DNA of 63,629 nt, filler included, from Olpidium bornovanus S191 (Eukaryota; Fungi; Olpidiomycota): assembly GCA_017911155.1 (NCBI GenBank). It is 30 parts of 30 records of this genome, joined end to end, with 100 filler letters (N's around TTAATTAATTAA, not from the genome) between each part and the next. Parts side by side here need not be neighbours in the genome. Positions count along the whole stretch, not along the records: positions 61,181 to 62,529 come from JAEFCI010001479.1; positions 62,630 to 63,629 come from JAEFCI010003682.1; 28 more parts are not named here. One strand, written 5' to 3'. Numbering within the stretch: position 1 is the first letter of the stretch; each line of letters starts with the position of its first letter. The notes beneath the pieces were generated by a model that worked only from the letters and a program-made list of their open reading frames with translations, was not told where the DNA came from and made no database searches. The translations under genes were made by a program, and so were the position numbers. Shown piece after piece: positions 61,081 to 63,629 of this stretch.

Positions 61081-61680
61081 NNNNNNNNNNNNNNNNNNNN
61101 NNNNNNNNNNNNNNNNNNNNNNNNTTAATTAATTAANNNNNNNNNNNNNNNNNNNNNNNNNNNNNNNNNNNNNNNNNNNNCGGACCGCGCACGCAAGCGC
61201 TGCTAACGCACGGCCATTTCTACTTGCGACGCGGCATTGCAGACAAACGGGCCGCCCCCCTTCGCGGTACAGCTATTGACACTCGCGGTACAGCTATTGA
61301 CCCTCTCCGCCTGTGGGCCAACATTAAACGGTGTACTATCATGTGACACTCACTCCTGTTGATAAAATACCATAGCATTCAACCAGCTACTATTAGTTAT
61401 ACGCCGAAAGAAAACCTGCCGCTGCCGCCGTTTGGCTGGCCGCAGATTCGGCTGTCGCGGGAATGGCCGGCGCCCTTTCAGCCATCTTCCCCACTGAGGT
61501 GTTTGCGCCTTGCCAGATGGTCGATCAGGCGGTTTACACGCACGCCGCAGAATAAAATTATATTGACTATCTTTCTGTCCTCGCATCCGACATTCGAAGA
61601 ACGGGTGTGCAGGCGGCTTATCAAAGTTTGTGCGACTACACTAGGCCCAGGCGCAACGTCCCTAATAAATCTGCCCAAGC

Positions 61681-61983
61681 TCAATACCAGCCGCCGTAGC
61701 CTTTGCCCTTCCCATAGCCGCCGAAGCCTTTCTTCCCGTAGCCCTTCTTCCCGTAGCCCTTTTTCCCGTAACCGCCGAATCCCTTCTTCCCGTATCCGCC
61801 GTAGCCCTTGCCCTTCCCATAGCCGCCGTAACCCTTTCCTTTCCCGTAGCCGCCGTCGATGCCTCCAGGCGGGAAGGGCTCCGGAGCCGGCGCCGGCGCC
61901 GGCGCAGGGTCAGGATGAGGATCTGCGCAAACGACCTGCGCGACGACAGCAACGGCGATGGCGGCGATGACAGCGACCTTCAT
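61681..61983 (-). CDS. 100-aa secreted precursor: signal peptide, X-Pro dipeptide pro-region, Gly/Tyr/Lys repeat domain
   Basis: MKVAVIAAIAVAVVAQVVCA-DPHPDPAPAPAPAPEPFPPGGIDGGYGKGKGYGGYGKGKGYGGYGKKGFGGYGKKGYGKKGYGKKGFGGYGKGKGYGGWY*. The repeats differ at synonymous positions, consistent with protein-level selection. Confidence 0.9.
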   Translation of the reverse strand: MKVAVIAAIAVAVVAQVVCADPHPDPAPAPAPAPEPFPPGGIDGGYGKGKGYGGYGKGKGYGGYGKKGFGGYGKKGYGKKGYGKKGFGGYGKGKGYGGWY

Positions 61984-62449
61984 GATTTCTTTCGTGGGCT
62001 GGAGGGGACGTCTTAGAACGGTGGGCTCCTTCGCAAGACAGTCGCGAGGTTTTCGGGGAACGCACGGAGTCAAACAATTCGACTGCATAGGTTTTTTTTC
62101 TTCTCTTGCTCACCCTGTTCGTCGGGAAACCAGACTACTTACGTGCTCGGCTTTGGGCTTTGGGCTGGGCTTCCGAGTCCTGCGGTTCAACAAGGGGAAG
62201 GAGGCCTTGCGGTTTTTATACCGAAGCGATTTGCGATCGCTCTCGTGCCCGGCTCCCGCCAATTCGGACGCACCGCTTGTCTCAAGGGGAAACGCCCGCC
62301 AGAATAGGGCGCGCGTTTCCTGCAATCGGATAATGACGAACGCGGCGAGAAAAAATATTCATTTTCCCTCCAGCGGCAAATCGTCATACTGGGGAAAACG
62401 AGGAGCGCTTCACCGTGAGCGGCATTGCGCCGCCTCCAACCCAACAACC

Positions 62450-62529
<80 letters not shown>

Positions 62530-62629
62530 NNNNNNNNNNNNNNNNNNNNNNNNNNNNNNNNNNNNNNNNNNNNTTAATTAATTAANNNNNNNNNNNNNNN
62601 NNNNNNNNNNNNNNNNNNNNNNNNNNNNN

Positions 62630-62830
62630 CGGCGGCGAATGGCGGCAAAGCGGCGGCAAAGGCGGAGCGGCGGCGGGCTCGGCGGAGGCGCACACGGCGG
62701 CGGTGGCGAAGCGCAGGGGCAACGGCGGTGGCGGAGCGCAGCGGCGGGGGTGGAGGGGGCGGCGGCTGCGCGGCGTATGGCGCTTCCCGGTGGCGCGCGG
62801 GCACAGCGAGCAGGCAGCGCAGGGAGAAGA
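62630..62830. repeat. GC-rich CGGCGG-type low-complexity tract
   Basis: Directly visible; similar in character to 37157-37495. Confidence 0.6.
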
Positions 62831-63578
62831 GCAGCGGGATGCAGCAGCGGGAGAGAGGGCAAAGCTATGGGCGCTTGGCAATGATGCAGGCGCCGGCAAT
62901 GGTGCTGATAACGTGTTGCGGAAAAGGGGCTCTCTCTCTCTCTCTTCCTTCTTCTCTCTCATTTGTTTGCGTTTGACGGCGGGAGGAAGAGCTCCAGGGG
63001 GAGCTCCCCTCCCGGTCTTGGCATCTTTGATCACGTGACCGTAGAGCGTACTCTTTCGGTTCACAACAGGGAGATGTTTTTGTTCCTGAAAGTGGCCGGT
63101 ACCGTGGAAAATGGCTGGGGACACGACCGGCACTAACATCTGGTAGATACCCAATTGAACCAAAATCTAAAAGTACCCAAAAAAGCTGCCGGCTCCCTGT
63201 CTGAGACACTGCCAGAAATTTTCCCCAAAACCTCTAAAGTTGTCAAATGCCTGGTGAAAATGACCAGACTGGAAGATGAAACTTTTAGACTTTGTTTAAT
63301 GCAGGCCATTTTGGCTGGTGGGGGGTTATTTCCTGAGAAAAACTCCTGAAATGGGCAGAAATGGTCTGGACCACTGGGAGCGGGTAGACCCTTCTGGCGC
63401 CGCCGCCCGAACATCGCACACGTGACCGACACGTGCACTTTATCCGAGCCGTTTCCGATGACGCGACCCTTCCCACACTCTTCACTCACTACCCCACGCA
63501 AAGCAACCAAAAAAAAAAAAAAAAAAAAAAAAAAACCCCCCCGCCCCCCAAAAAAATTTCCTTTTGAAAAACCAAAAA

Positions 63579-63616
<38 letters not shown>

Positions 63617-63629
63617 ACACGCGCAGGAC

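Noticed and set aside
61263-61304. 21-bp direct duplication CGCGGTACAGCTATTGAC(A/C)CTC
   Set aside because: Only two copies, downstream of the peptide gene, with no further structure; probably local slippage.
62450-62529. Terminal poly-C/poly-G tracts as telomeres or nanochromosome ends
   Set aside because: They are pure homopolymers, also common inside introns, and genes are cut mid-exon at other ends. They are better explained as assembly break points.
62865-63485. Short ORFs in the last contig as a gene or transposon
   Set aside because: No recognisable motif in any frame; left uncalled.

Overview
This window is not one locus. It is 30 short eukaryotic contigs (about 1-3.5 kb each) joined by 29 artificial 100-nt spacers (44 N + TTAATTAATTAA + 44 N), so adjacency across spacers has no biological meaning. 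The DNA is GC-rich, has GT-AG introns and is full of homopolymer runs. The genes are fungal (CDC24, Pcl-type cyclin, SCP160, PAB1, VPS11, BUB3, EMC6, eIF2B-gamma, PSO2/SNM1A, paxillin-like LIM protein). Centriole/cilium-associated homologs (CEP162-like, CCDC13, MINDY4) point to a zoosporic early-diverging fungus; an Olpidium-like organism is my inference, not proven. Most genes are partial. Top leads: (1) the C-terminus of a non-host, large-DNA-virus-like family B DNA polymerase (8636-8959, minus), frameshifted, behind a host-style splice acceptor and running into one of two inverted arrays of a 35-bp palindrome-cored repeat that bracket about 1.26 kb; (2) a 100-aa secreted precursor with nine in-register X-Pro dipeptides followed by a Gly/Tyr/Lys-rich cationic domain (61681-61983, minus); (3) an internally deleted Ty3/Gypsy element carrying a half-tRNA(iMet) primer site of the copia/Ty5 type and a 31-bp hairpin array in its probable LTR; (4) 13 of 58 contig ends fall exactly on CATG; (5) a 50-bp near-perfect palindrome inside a decayed intronless ORF. 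All family calls come from motif recognition by eye, with no database searches.
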